Notes under the pieces: model-generated
What the model was told of the DNA's origin: nothing
The model's database searches: none
Seen by the model: only the letters and a program-made list of their open reading frames with translations
Program-made: the position numbers and the translations under genes
In this document: piece after piece, positions 1-8,551 of the stretch
Position numbering within the stretch: position 1 is the stretch's first letter
Layout: each line of letters starts with the position of its first letter
Origin: a virus
Lineage: Duplodnaviria; Caudoviricetes
IMG/VR virus record: IMGVR_UViG_3300029305_002725
Span: 1-64,000 of that record
DNA length: 64,000 nt
Strand: one strand, 5' to 3'

Positions 1-753
1 GCTTCCACACCACAATGGAATCAGGCTTGCTTACGCCTTTAAAGGAACGCTTACTCGATTATCACTCCACTATCAACCTTGCGGGCTGTTCACGACTGCG
101 ACCTCGTTCTAGTTTCGCTTCAATCAAATGTATAGTGCTTGTACACTACACATCCCCCATTGCTCTTACTTGCTGAGGGATTAGGACACTTTTCATCGTT
201 CCCAATAAGAGATTTTTACTTATAACATCTGTTTTCAACGCAGATTGCTCTTCCTATTGAGCTACACCGCCATAAATTGAGTTTAAATGGGGGCGGTGGT
301 AGGACTCGAACCTACACTAAGTTATGTGACAGTAGACAGACTCTTATCGTAGTTCTCACACCTTTTGAGTGCAAGAATGCTACCCGCCTACGTGTGCTTT
401 CCTTTGCTTTCGTACTCACACGATTCATCCACCATAGCAGATGAACTGGTAGTTGCCCTTGTTAGCTAAACTCGAACTAACCTACCTACGGTTTACTGTA
501 CCTCAAACCATCCTTTTGCATTGATGCCAGTCGCTTGCGGCAACGAACTTTCTCAAGCAGTCGCTCCTTGAAAATTCACTTCACATCATCAAGTTTGAGT
601 TAGGACATGGGGGACATATCCGAATAGACCTTTTCAGTCTAAGCCAGTCCCGGCTCGTTTTGCTTGGTTTACCATTTCTGGCGGGGCTTTGTCAGTTTCC
701 CCTTTCATCCTCTTACGAGGGTCTATCAGCCAAGCCTGGATAGATAAACTATC
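1..753 (-). ncRNA. Candidate large structured ncRNA (GOLLD/ROOL-like context), running off the window edge
   Basis: ORF-free, GC-richer than the genome, many GNRA-type capped hairpins on the minus strand (CCGCAAG, GCGTAAGC, CTCGTAAGAG). Lies directly downstream of tRNA-Asp. Family not confirmed. Confidence 0.5.
222..325 (-). ncRNA. Circularly permuted tRNA-like domain (3' half precedes 5' half)
   Basis: Minus strand: T-arm GTAGG-TTCGAGT-CCTAC, CACCGCC-C-CCA, 16-nt linker, then GGCGGTG-TA-GCTC..GAGC D-arm and ATCTG-CGTTGAAAA-CAGAT arm. The acceptor strands pair 7/7. Confidence 0.75.
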
Positions 754-830
754 TGGCGACTCCGATGGGTTTCGAACCCACGACCTCCAGCGTGACAGGC
801 TGGCATTCTAACCATCTGAACTACGGAGCC
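754..830 (-). tRNA. tRNA-Asp(GTC)
   Basis: Cloverleaf, anticodon loop CTGTCAC, encoded CCA. Confidence 0.95.
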
Positions 831-891
831 ATAAGCACGAGTTATCTTACAGTATAAGCATTGAAGAAACTCTTTGAAAAGAAAATGCTAT

Positions 892-969
892 TGGTGACCC
901 ATGAGGGATTCGAACCCTCGAATTCCACCGTGAAAGGGTGGTGACTATAGCCAACTTGTCTAATGGGCC
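892..969 (-). tRNA. tRNA-Glu(TTC)
   Basis: Cloverleaf, anticodon loop CTTTCAC, encoded CCA. Confidence 0.95.
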
Positions 970-973
970 ATGT

Positions 974-1050
974 TGGCACGCCAAAAGGGACTCGAACCCC
1001 TGACCTACTGCTTAGAAGGCAGTTGCTCTATCCAGCTGAGCTACTGGCGT
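974..1050 (-). tRNA. tRNA-Arg(TCT)
   Basis: Cloverleaf, loop CTTCTAA, encoded CCA. Confidence 0.95.
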
Positions 1051-1056
1051 ATATTT

Positions 1057-1132
1057 TGGCGGCCCCTACAGGGTTCGAACCTGTGACCTGCGGATTAACA
1101 GTCCGTCGCTCTGCCGACTGAGCTAAGGGGCC
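1057..1132 (-). tRNA. tRNA-Asn(GTT)
   Basis: Cloverleaf, loop CTGTTAA, encoded CCA. Confidence 0.95.
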
Positions 1133-1138
1133 ATAAAA

Positions 1139-1165
1139 GAGCAGTTTCACAACATACTCAGGTTG
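1139..1165 (-). ncRNA. Small pseudoknot motif resembling skipping-rope RNA
   Basis: CAACCTGAGTATGTTGTGAAACTGCTC: CAAC/GTTG and GAGTA/TGCTC pairings cross. Family resemblance is from memory only. Confidence 0.35.
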
Positions 1166-1215
1166 TTCTGAAAGGAGTTTGCATATCATCAACAAATCGG
1201 GCATCCCCATACCCA

Positions 1216-1292
1216 TGGTGCGCCATCGGGGATTCGAACCCTAGACCCCATGCTTAAAAGGCATGTGCTCTAACCTACTGAGCTAATGGCGC
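1216..1292 (-). tRNA. tRNA-Lys(TTT)
   Basis: Cloverleaf, loop CTTTTAA, encoded CCA. Confidence 0.95.
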
Positions 1293-1295
1293 ATA

Positions 1296-1371
1296 TGGTG
1301 TTCTAGACTGGGCTCGAACCAGTGACCGCACGATTATCAGTCGTGGACTCTACCAACTGAGCTACTAGAAC
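1296..1371 (-). tRNA. tRNA-Ile(GAT)
   Basis: Cloverleaf, loop CTGATAA, encoded CCA. Confidence 0.95.
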
Positions 1372-1375
1372 ATAT

Positions 1376-1453
1376 TGGTCCCCTTGGGTGGATTCGAACC
1401 ATCCGATCCCTCAATTATAAGTTGAGTGCCCTAGGCCTCTAGGCTACAAGGGG
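1376..1453 (-). tRNA. tRNA-Ile(TAT), rare anticodon
   Basis: CCCCTTG/CAAGGGG acceptor, CTCAA-CTTATAA-TTGAG anticodon arm, A73-CCA. Confidence 0.85.
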
Positions 1454-1550
1454 GAATCTTGCCAACACAGAACCTCACTTGTCAGCATCAGCGACTCCAG
1501 CATACATTTGTCGCTTTCCATTAATTTTGTATTCTTGATTGGATGTATGG

Positions 1551-1579
1551 ATTATATCATACATTCCATTATTTGTCAA
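1551..1579 (-). promoter_or_regulatory. Sigma-A promoter driving the tRNA cluster
   Basis: TTGACA-17-TATAAT with extended TG. Confidence 0.85.
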
Positions 1580-1923
1580 GGGGTATTTTCAATCAATTTA
1601 TCAGTAGTCTTGAAAACCTTTCCATTAAAGACCATCGCTGCATCCAAGAACTTATTTACACGCTTATCAAGTGCGGGATAATAACGCTTCATAATACGCT
1701 CCTTGGCCTTCTTTTTGCCCTCTGCTACGCTAAACTCATCTCTAGGATCGCACTGAACCACGGCTCTATATTCAGAAGGCATCATATACTTTGCACTAGG
1801 GCAGAAGCAAAATTCTGTATCAGCAATCATCTTGTCAATCTTGTTAATTGCATCGTACCGAGTGTTCTCTAGCAGACCAATGACCTGTCGCTTCTCTTCA
1901 TTAATAAAATACTTAATTGCCAT
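1576..1923 (-). CDS. Hypothetical phage protein
   Basis: ORF with RBS and its own promoter. Confidence 0.75.
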   Translation of the reverse strand: MAIKYFINEEKRQVIGLLENTRYDAINKIDKMIADTEFCFCPSAKYMMPSEYRAVVQCDPRDEFSVAEGKKKAKERIMKRYYPALDKRVNKFLDAAMVFNGKVFKTTDKLIENTP

Positions 1924-1969
1924 TTTTTTGTTCCTCTCATTAATTTTGTATCGTTTTCAAGCTGTATGT

Positions 1970-1998
1970 ATTATAGCACATCTTCTTCAATTTGTCAA
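1970..1998 (-). promoter_or_regulatory. Sigma-A promoter
   Basis: TTGACA-17-TATAAT with extended TG. Confidence 0.85.
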
Positions 1999-2049
1999 TC
2001 CCTTTCTTAATCTCCCGATTTGAAGCAACTCTTCTCTTGAAGTGTCTGT

Positions 2050-2078
2050 ATTATAGCACACTTTCCATTATTTGTCAA
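2050..2078 (-). promoter_or_regulatory. Sigma-A promoter
   Basis: TTGACA-17-TATAAT with extended TG. Confidence 0.85.
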
Positions 2079-2419
2079 GGGGTATTTTCGGGCACATATC
2101 TATAAGATTTGCCATCCTTCTTCCAGTCAACAAGAACATATTTGATATCACCATCATTATCTTCCGTTCCAATAATAATGCTCCAAATAAAAACATCATC
2201 ATCCCCGACGAGCGTTACAAGAGTCTGGCCATTTTCGCCACTGATACTTATACTGGCTGCATCCATCATAGCAACAACAAATTCCTCTAGATCGTCGCTC
2301 GACTTCATTTCATCATAAGTCATGTTGAAGTAATTCTTAAACATAACATTACCACCATTGTCTCTAATGGCTACATGATCCATACAGCGCTGATTACGTT
2401 CAATTGCAAAATAACTCAT
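2075..2419 (-). CDS. Hypothetical phage protein
   Basis: ORF with AAGGAG RBS. Confidence 0.75.
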   Translation of the reverse strand: MSYFAIERNQRCMDHVAIRDNGGNVMFKNYFNMTYDEMKSSDDLEEFVVAMMDAASISISGENGQTLVTLVGDDDVFIWSIIIGTEDNDGDIKYVLVDWKKDGKSYRYVPENTP

Positions 2420-2468
2420 AAAATTTAACTCCTTAATTAATTTTGTATTGTATTTTGGAAGTGTCTGT

Positions 2469-2497
2469 ACTATAACATATGTTTTTCAGTTTGTCAA
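2469..2497 (-). promoter_or_regulatory. Sigma-A promoter
   Basis: TTGACA-17-TATAGT. Confidence 0.75.
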
Positions 2498-2504
2498 GGG
2501 GTAA

Positions 2505-2906
2505 TTATAATCTTTTTTCAATAACGTTACACCACGCATCAAGATCTAATTTTCTTTCCTCAATTTCATCCTCACTAATATCATAGCCCCATTCGCTCCA
2601 CGCCACAAGATCTCTACGAATATCAGCAAGTAGCTCTCTGATTAAGTCTTTTAAATTAATCTTAATAGTATAATAATTATACTCACCATCAAAATTATAA
2701 CAAATAATATGCGTTTCGTGAGTATCAAATACAATAATATATTCCCATCCCTCTGCGTCAAATTTTACAGAGCTAGGTCTTGCGGTACGATTTGTATAGT
2801 CTACAGCTTCTAACAATCTGTATGGCACATCATCAAGATAGCTACAGCGATCATGCCAGCCTCCAATTGTAATCTCGCTCCAACCGTAGCACGGTGTCTT
2901 AAGCAT
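2505..2906 (-). CDS. Hypothetical protein
   Basis: ORF in operon. Confidence 0.75.
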   Translation of the reverse strand: MLKTPCYGWSEITIGGWHDRCSYLDDVPYRLLEAVDYTNRTARPSSVKFDAEGWEYIIVFDTHETHIICYNFDGEYNYYTIKINLKDLIRELLADIRRDLVAWSEWGYDISEDEIEERKLDLDAWCNVIEKRL

Positions 2907-2909
2907 ATA

Positions 2910-3674
2910 TTATTCCTCCAAAAATTCATCTTCCAAAACAAGAACATTTACCTTACCAGTATGCGCAACGCATCCATCAATAGCAATTAACTTGTTATCA
3001 TAATAATATGGAGAAAAATCCGCACCTTCACCGAACTCTGGTCCATTTTCAAATACCATTCTTCCCCAAGATGCATGCCAATGTCCCACAACTACACATT
3101 TCTCAATGTCAAATCCGTTATGAACCATTTCCATACCGTTTAGCCACATAGCTTGTTCCCATTCAGATGCATGCGCCTCACGCCAATCTTCCTTTTTAGA
3201 AAACTTGCGATTACGACGATGATACATAGGTAATCCGTCATGACAATTAACTGGCAAATAGCCATGAGTAAACACATAGTTCTTTGTTTCAAAATAAGGA
3301 ACCATACTATCTATAAAATTTTTAGTTCTCGTATATGCAACTAGGCAGCATTCATCAAAACTTCTACCAAACGGATCATCACCAAATTTACATACAGTAT
3401 CATAAGTTCCATTGTGAAAATCATGGGATCCAGGATAACCTCTGTCGCATAGATCTCTGAGAAGTGATTCATGATTGCCCTTAATCAGAATCTTTCTAGG
3501 CAAACTAATTAAATAGCGCATAACCTCTACGGGCTTTGACCCGCGATCAAAACAGTCACCAAGCATCACTAAAAAATGCTCACTATTGTGCTTATCAAAA
3601 CCTGCCTTATTCAATGCGTCAATCATCTCGTCATAAAATCCGTGCACATCTGATACGCAAAATAATTTAGGCAT
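2910..3674 (-). CDS. Calcineurin-like metallophosphoesterase (Ser/Thr phosphatase family)
   Basis: DVHG, GDCFDRG, GNHE, THG and GHWH motifs. Confidence 0.9.
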   Translation of the reverse strand: MPKLFCVSDVHGFYDEMIDALNKAGFDKHNSEHFLVMLGDCFDRGSKPVEVMRYLISLPRKILIKGNHESLLRDLCDRGYPGSHDFHNGTYDTVCKFGDDPFGRSFDECCLVAYTRTKNFIDSMVPYFETKNYVFTHGYLPVNCHDGLPMYHRRNRKFSKKEDWREAHASEWEQAMWLNGMEMVHNGFDIEKCVVVGHWHASWGRMVFENGPEFGEGADFSPYYYDNKLIAIDGCVAHTGKVNVLVLEDEFLEE

Positions 3675-3692
3675 ATTTACATCACTTCTCCT

Positions 3693-4070
3693 TTATAGAT
3701 ACAATAAAACTATAGCTGTAATAAAAATCTGCATCAAATGAATGCACTGATCCACAATCAAATTAATCTTATGCTTATTAGCCTTCAGATCGTCCACAAG
3801 CGCATGAACTACACCATTAGCAGCCAACACCATAAAGAAAATATTCGTGGGTCTAAAGTCCATGTATGCCGCCACAGGTAACATAATCATAAACGACCAA
3901 CTCATTGAGTGCATAGCTAATGCCATAATATAATCATACTTATACAATCTTTCGGAATAATTCTCTTCCCACCAGCTGCGCTGCTTCATAGATGCTAAAA
4001 TGCCTTGTAATCTATAATCGTCTATGATATGGCAAAATATCATAAGTGCAATAACAAATAATTTAGACAT
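3693..4070 (-). CDS. DUF3307-like membrane protein
   Basis: HxxDDYxLQ, HxxVDDLK and DQxxH motifs in hydrophobic helices. Confidence 0.7.
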   Translation of the reverse strand: MSKLFVIALMIFCHIIDDYRLQGILASMKQRSWWEENYSERLYKYDYIMALAMHSMSWSFMIMLPVAAYMDFRPTNIFFMVLAANGVVHALVDDLKANKHKINLIVDQCIHLMQIFITAIVLLYL

Positions 4071-4072
4071 AA

Positions 4073-4636
4073 CTAATTCCTCTTAATATATTTCTTGGTT
4101 CTTTTAACAGCTTCTGCAATTCTATCTGCATCAGCTTTAGGCTGCTTGTCGGCATCTGGTTTTTCCTTACCAAAAATATATGCGCCAGTGCTAGTTGTTG
4201 CAGTCATACAATAATCATCAATAGAAGCATTCGTTGTATACAACGTAGGGTTTTGCATATACGGAAGAGTACAATTACAAATACCACTACCACCATTCTT
4301 AGGATTATTAGAGCATCCGTCGCAACAATCAGGATAATTAATTTCTGGTGATTCTAAACCAACCCACTTTCCCCAATACTTTGTAAGCCATTCGTCTTGT
4401 TGCTTTTCGAAATTATTATAAATTTGTGGCTCCATACACTCTGCAATAAGCCTATCTACACGCAGCCTAGAGCAAATAGCATCAGTGTCACGCATATAAG
4501 AACGAATTTTCTTAATAGCATCCTCTGCACTAATATGCATTTTACTTTCATCAACAAGAATTTCTCCAATAATAAAAAGCGCCTTTGCAGCAGGATAAAG
4601 TTTCTCTTTTAACATTTCTACATTAATATTTTCCAT
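4073..4636 (-). CDS. Hypothetical protein with Cys-rich motif
   Basis: CDGCSNNPKNGGSGICNC. Confidence 0.7.
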   Translation of the reverse strand: MENINVEMLKEKLYPAAKALFIIGEILVDESKMHISAEDAIKKIRSYMRDTDAICSRLRVDRLIAECMEPQIYNNFEKQQDEWLTKYWGKWVGLESPEINYPDCCDGCSNNPKNGGSGICNCTLPYMQNPTLYTTNASIDDYCMTATTSTGAYIFGKEKPDADKQPKADADRIAEAVKRTKKYIKRN

Positions 4637-4647
4637 AAATACATACC

Positions 4648-5007
4648 CTACTTTGCATTCTGTAATAAATCCATAATCGCATGTGCACCAACGATTTCAG
4701 GTGCTACTGCACACGTAATAAGTTCGGCACCAACACCAATAACAATACACACAAAAACAATAATGAAGCCAATTAAAATAGGACGATCAATATCAAACAT
4801 AGTAATTATTCCAATAAAAAGGTAAATAAGAAAAGCAAAAGCAAAACATCCCAAAATAATAAGCGGCAACGTGTTTAATGTATGATACCAACCATATTTC
4901 GCCAAAAATTCAGGTGCGTGCGCCATAATTGCTTCCGTAGTCGTTCCAAAAAAACTTGCTAAAGAATTAATTGCATCTGCTAATGCCGTCTGTAAAATAT
5001 TATCCAT
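4648..5007 (-). CDS. Hypothetical membrane protein
   Basis: Two hydrophobic segments. Confidence 0.7.
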   Translation of the reverse strand: MDNILQTALADAINSLASFFGTTTEAIMAHAPEFLAKYGWYHTLNTLPLIILGCFAFAFLIYLFIGIITMFDIDRPILIGFIIVFVCIVIGVGAELITCAVAPEIVGAHAIMDLLQNAK

Positions 5008-5168
5008 TTTAGTTCTCCTTATAATTTTTACAACATTCTTCTTCGTTTACAATCATTTCTTTTCCTTCATGATCTTCACAATCAAAACATACTAAAATTT
5101 GACTGCCATCAAAAATAGAATCTGCAGACATAGAATTTACACAGAACAAACAACATTTATTATCCATA

Positions 5169-5717
5169 TTATATTTTCCACATCCATTCAAGAAATTCAA
5201 CAGGAACATTTTTAGTCAGCCACACTCCATTCTGTGACTTATAAAACTTATGTCCCCGCAAATACATACACCGACTTCTAATACGAAATACCATGGGCTT
5301 TCCATGACGCTCGCCAACCCTAGTGGCAGTTTCCGTATCTGCCGATAAGTGCACATACAAGCGGCTCTTTGATACAAGTCCAGTCTTCCATATAGAATCC
5401 ATATACTTCGTTGCTGTGCCGTGATACAAATATTCAGGTGGTTCTACTTCTTCAAGCTCAACATCAACATTGACAGAGTGTCCCTGATTGGCACGGATCT
5501 TCGTCTTATCTTCATTAAATGAATAGCGCCGCTTATCATCGGTTGCTACAATCTCTTCTAACAGCTCCATGTCTAGCTTATGCGTCTTATTAACACCATT
5601 GATAAGATCATTTACATTTGCCCATCCATGCGCATCCAGAGTAATACCAATTGCCTCTGGCTTGTGGCGCAGGATTAAACTAATATACTTACTTGTCTTT
5701 GTTATACTCATAATCAA
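5169..5717 (-). CDS. kptA: RNA 2'-phosphotransferase (Tpt1/KptA family)
   Basis: LRH, RANQGHS, LYHGT and RLYVHLS signature motifs. Confidence 0.93.
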   Translation of the reverse strand: MIMSITKTSKYISLILRHKPEAIGITLDAHGWANVNDLINGVNKTHKLDMELLEEIVATDDKRRYSFNEDKTKIRANQGHSVNVDVELEEVEPPEYLYHGTATKYMDSIWKTGLVSKSRLYVHLSADTETATRVGERHGKPMVFRIRSRCMYLRGHKFYKSQNGVWLTKNVPVEFLEWMWKI

Positions 5718-6090
5718 TTATCCTCCAGTGGCTTTAACCAATTGCAATAATACGGATCTCGCCCCATCATGAAATATTCACACTTACAAACCAAAAACTT
5801 AGGACCAGCCTGACAGACATCTCCATTTTTATCTTCTCCTGCATAAAACGGACAGTCAGTTTTAAAATAAGGCATTTCGTCAACAATAAGTTTCATAATC
5901 AGCCTTCCTCCACCTTATACTTAAAAGATAATGGACAACCACAAATACTACCACCTAAACATTGGTCATTGCCCCATAAACTACATTCATACTCTGCATA
6001 TCCAGTATCATACTCATAATACGAGCGATCACAATACTCGCACTCTTCCCAGTCTTGTTCAATAACTTCAAACTCGTTATCAGTTTCCAT
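5714..6090 (-). CDS. Two small Cys-rich hypothetical proteins (5714-5896, 5899-6090)
   Basis: Translationally coupled ORFs with RBS. Confidence 0.6.
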
Positions 6091-6640
6091 CTGTAATCCT
6101 CTTCAAATTATCTCTCATATCCAAGAATGCATTACTATTGTTGAGCATGTTCATAATGACAGAAGATAGAGCTGCCTGAGTGGTGTTGTCGAACATCTTA
6201 GTGATATTCTTATTAACATCGTCTCTGACTTTCTTCATAAACTGATCAAGTGTCTTCTGTACAGATGCATCAACATTAAGTTCTCTCTTGACATAATCTT
6301 CAAATGTCGTGCTATTATAGTTACCATATCTATCCTTTGCTTTAAAACCATGAGTGGTCATAATATCAGAAATCTGCTGCTTAATATATTCTTCTACGGT
6401 ATATGTCTTAGGTTCAGAGTTCCAACCACCGCCAACAGAAATAGTTGCTGTTTTAATATAGTCATTTACGTAAGATTCAAGCTTTTCATTTACAACAGTT
6501 TCAATAATTTCCCTTGCATTTTGTGCGACTTTTGCTTCAATCGACTTTTGCACTTCATTCTCAATAAGACTTTCAAGGTTCTTTTCGACTGCACTCTGGA
6601 CCATCAGGCCCAAGTTTTCCATATCTACTGTCACTTTCAT
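6080..6640 (-). CDS. Hypothetical protein
   Basis: ORF with AAGGAG RBS. Confidence 0.75.
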   Translation of the reverse strand: MKVTVDMENLGLMVQSAVEKNLESLIENEVQKSIEAKVAQNAREIIETVVNEKLESYVNDYIKTATISVGGGWNSEPKTYTVEEYIKQQISDIMTTHGFKAKDRYGNYNSTTFEDYVKRELNVDASVQKTLDQFMKKVRDDVNKNITKMFDNTTQAALSSVIMNMLNNSNAFLDMRDNLKRITDGN

Positions 6641-6655
6641 CTTTTTGCTCCTTTT

Positions 6656-6916
6656 TTAATTCTCTATTCTATACATAACAATTGGTGCTTTCTCTCCCGC
6701 ATACGGCAAGCTTCTAATAGTGTTATAATCGATCCAATCTACCGCATCATCATAGCTCATTCCTTCATCTTCCATGAGTTCTGCTATCATTTTATCGTAA
6801 TCATAAACAACCCTATTGTCGGTTGTTACTCCGACTATAGAGTTGTCATATGATGCATTATCAAATACTAGTGAGTCTTCTGGAAGAAGTATACGTAATT
6901 TCAAATTTACTGCCAT
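6656..6916 (-). CDS. Hypothetical protein
   Basis: ORF downstream of promoter 6940-6968. Confidence 0.7.
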   Translation of the reverse strand: MAVNLKLRILLPEDSLVFDNASYDNSIVGVTTDNRVVYDYDKMIAELMEDEGMSYDDAVDWIDYNTIRSLPYAGEKAPIVMYRIEN

Positions 6917-6939
6917 ATTTTTCTTCTTCTTTCGTGTGT

Positions 6940-6968
6940 ATTATAATACATTAATTTTGTGTTGTCAA
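6940..6968 (-). promoter_or_regulatory. Sigma-A promoter with CAACACAAAATTAA motif in its spacer
   Basis: TTGACA-ACACAAAATTAATGTAT-TATAAT. Confidence 0.8.
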
Positions 6969-6990
6969 TATTACAAATTGCACAAATTTT

Positions 6991-8547
6991 TTATATCTTC
7001 TTTATTAATAATCCCACATTTTCCCAAAAATTAAAATTGAGGTCGTAATGGAACAATAATATTTTATCTTTCTCAGCTAATCTATTTTTGTCAATTCGCA
7101 GGCTGAAGTACCTCTTTTGAGGATCTAAATCATGTGCAACTTCTTCTCCCCAATTGTCATCATAGGCTGTATATTGATACATGTGATATTCTTCAGGGTT
7201 AATTCTTTTTCCAAGAGTAAGCAAATCGACAGGGTGTTTAATTCCCTTTGCTGCACCAATATTGTTACTCGACAAATCAAATACGCTATCAAATACTGTT
7301 GCATCAGTCAACTGAAATGTACACATTCCAAACAGGTTCAACTCTTTTCCAAGCTCAACAATCTTCGTAGCCGTAGCCTTAACCTTAACCCAATCTTCTG
7401 CACCCCAAGCCTTCAATGTATCAACAGCAAAACAATTGCAATTATAAACTAACTTAGCTCTTCTGATTTCCAGTTCAATAGCTTCATCACTATAATCAGA
7501 TGTAATATCATTAAAATAAAATTTACCTTCCAGCTGTTCTTCCATCCACTGAGCAACCTTAATTACATCCTGATATTCCTTTGTGCTTTTAATTCTGTTA
7601 AGGAACTCTTCTTCGCTTTCTGTATAGTTTCCTTTGCCATCATTTTTTCTTTCTACAAATTCCTTTGTAACATCATCTCTGTACATGCCCATAGTAATCT
7701 CTTTTTCAGGCTTCATAAGATCAACTCCATGAAGTGCCTTAAACTCCTTGCAATTCAAGACTGTTGTAATCAAACAGTTCTTCATTGCATCTTCTGTCAT
7801 CTCATTACTTAGCAACATAAATTTTTGCTTCTTAACAAGAGTAACATAAGCAATTAGATTAACAAGGTTTCTTGACTTACCTTCATTAGAAAGGAATCCC
7901 TGGAACAAAACATTTCCTGGCAATAATCCTCTGAAATATTCATTATATCCCTTCCAGTGTGTCTGAATACCAAATTGCGGAGCCAACAAATAAGAATCCA
8001 CAACTTTAGAAACTCCCTGTGTCAACAGCACAGGCTCCTCAATAACATTAATAACAGTGTTAATCTTATCTGCCTTACTGCGCATCATACGATACACATC
8101 ATGTGCAGTCATGTACTGGAAATTTTTCAATGATAAGATTTTTTCTGCAGGAAATCCTTGTTTATCATATTCACGGATTAATGAATACTTCTTAACCGTA
8201 TTAAATACGTTTTTGAAATCGTTAGGATCTGCCAAATCCATCATACTCTGAATAGTTTTCCAGCCGCCATAATTTTTATATGACTTTAATCTTTCAGAGT
8301 TTTGTGTAGCAAAATTATTCACTTTGTTTTGCGACACATCCTGACTAAAAGTTAAATAATATTCTTCAAAAAAGTCATAAAAGAATCTTGTTGCAGGGTC
8401 AGACAAATCATACTTAGACCTTGTAGATTCTCCATAACTTAAATAAAGATCTGGTTCCTTATACATACAGCCGCAAAATAATAACTCCGACTGGACATTT
8501 GTTTTATCAAATTTTACTGCATTATTTTCATTTTGCAACTTTGTCAC
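6991..8547 (-). CDS. DnaB-like replicative helicase (SPbeta YorI-like)
   Basis: Walker A GFLSNEGKS, LLSNEM, Walker B FAVDTLK, FQL, IDKNR. Confidence 0.85.
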   Translation of the reverse strand: MTKLQNENNAVKFDKTNVQSELLFCGCMYKEPDLYLSYGESTRSKYDLSDPATRFFYDFFEEYYLTFSQDVSQNKVNNFATQNSERLKSYKNYGGWKTIQSMMDLADPNDFKNVFNTVKKYSLIREYDKQGFPAEKILSLKNFQYMTAHDVYRMMRSKADKINTVINVIEEPVLLTQGVSKVVDSYLLAPQFGIQTHWKGYNEYFRGLLPGNVLFQGFLSNEGKSRNLVNLIAYVTLVKKQKFMLLSNEMTEDAMKNCLITTVLNCKEFKALHGVDLMKPEKEITMGMYRDDVTKEFVERKNDGKGNYTESEEEFLNRIKSTKEYQDVIKVAQWMEEQLEGKFYFNDITSDYSDEAIELEIRRAKLVYNCNCFAVDTLKAWGAEDWVKVKATATKIVELGKELNLFGMCTFQLTDATVFDSVFDLSSNNIGAAKGIKHPVDLLTLGKRINPEEYHMYQYTAYDDNWGEEVAHDLDPQKRYFSLRIDKNRLAEKDKILLFHYDLNFNFWENVGLLIKKI

Positions 8548-8551
8548 CTAC

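Noticed and set aside
1-325. Canonical tmRNA
   Set aside because: No G3-U70 pair, the discriminator is C, a full D-stem is present, and no tag reading frame was recognised. Kept only as an architectural analogy.
1028-1216. 62 aa ORF
   Set aside because: Overlaps tRNA-Asn and tRNA-Arg.
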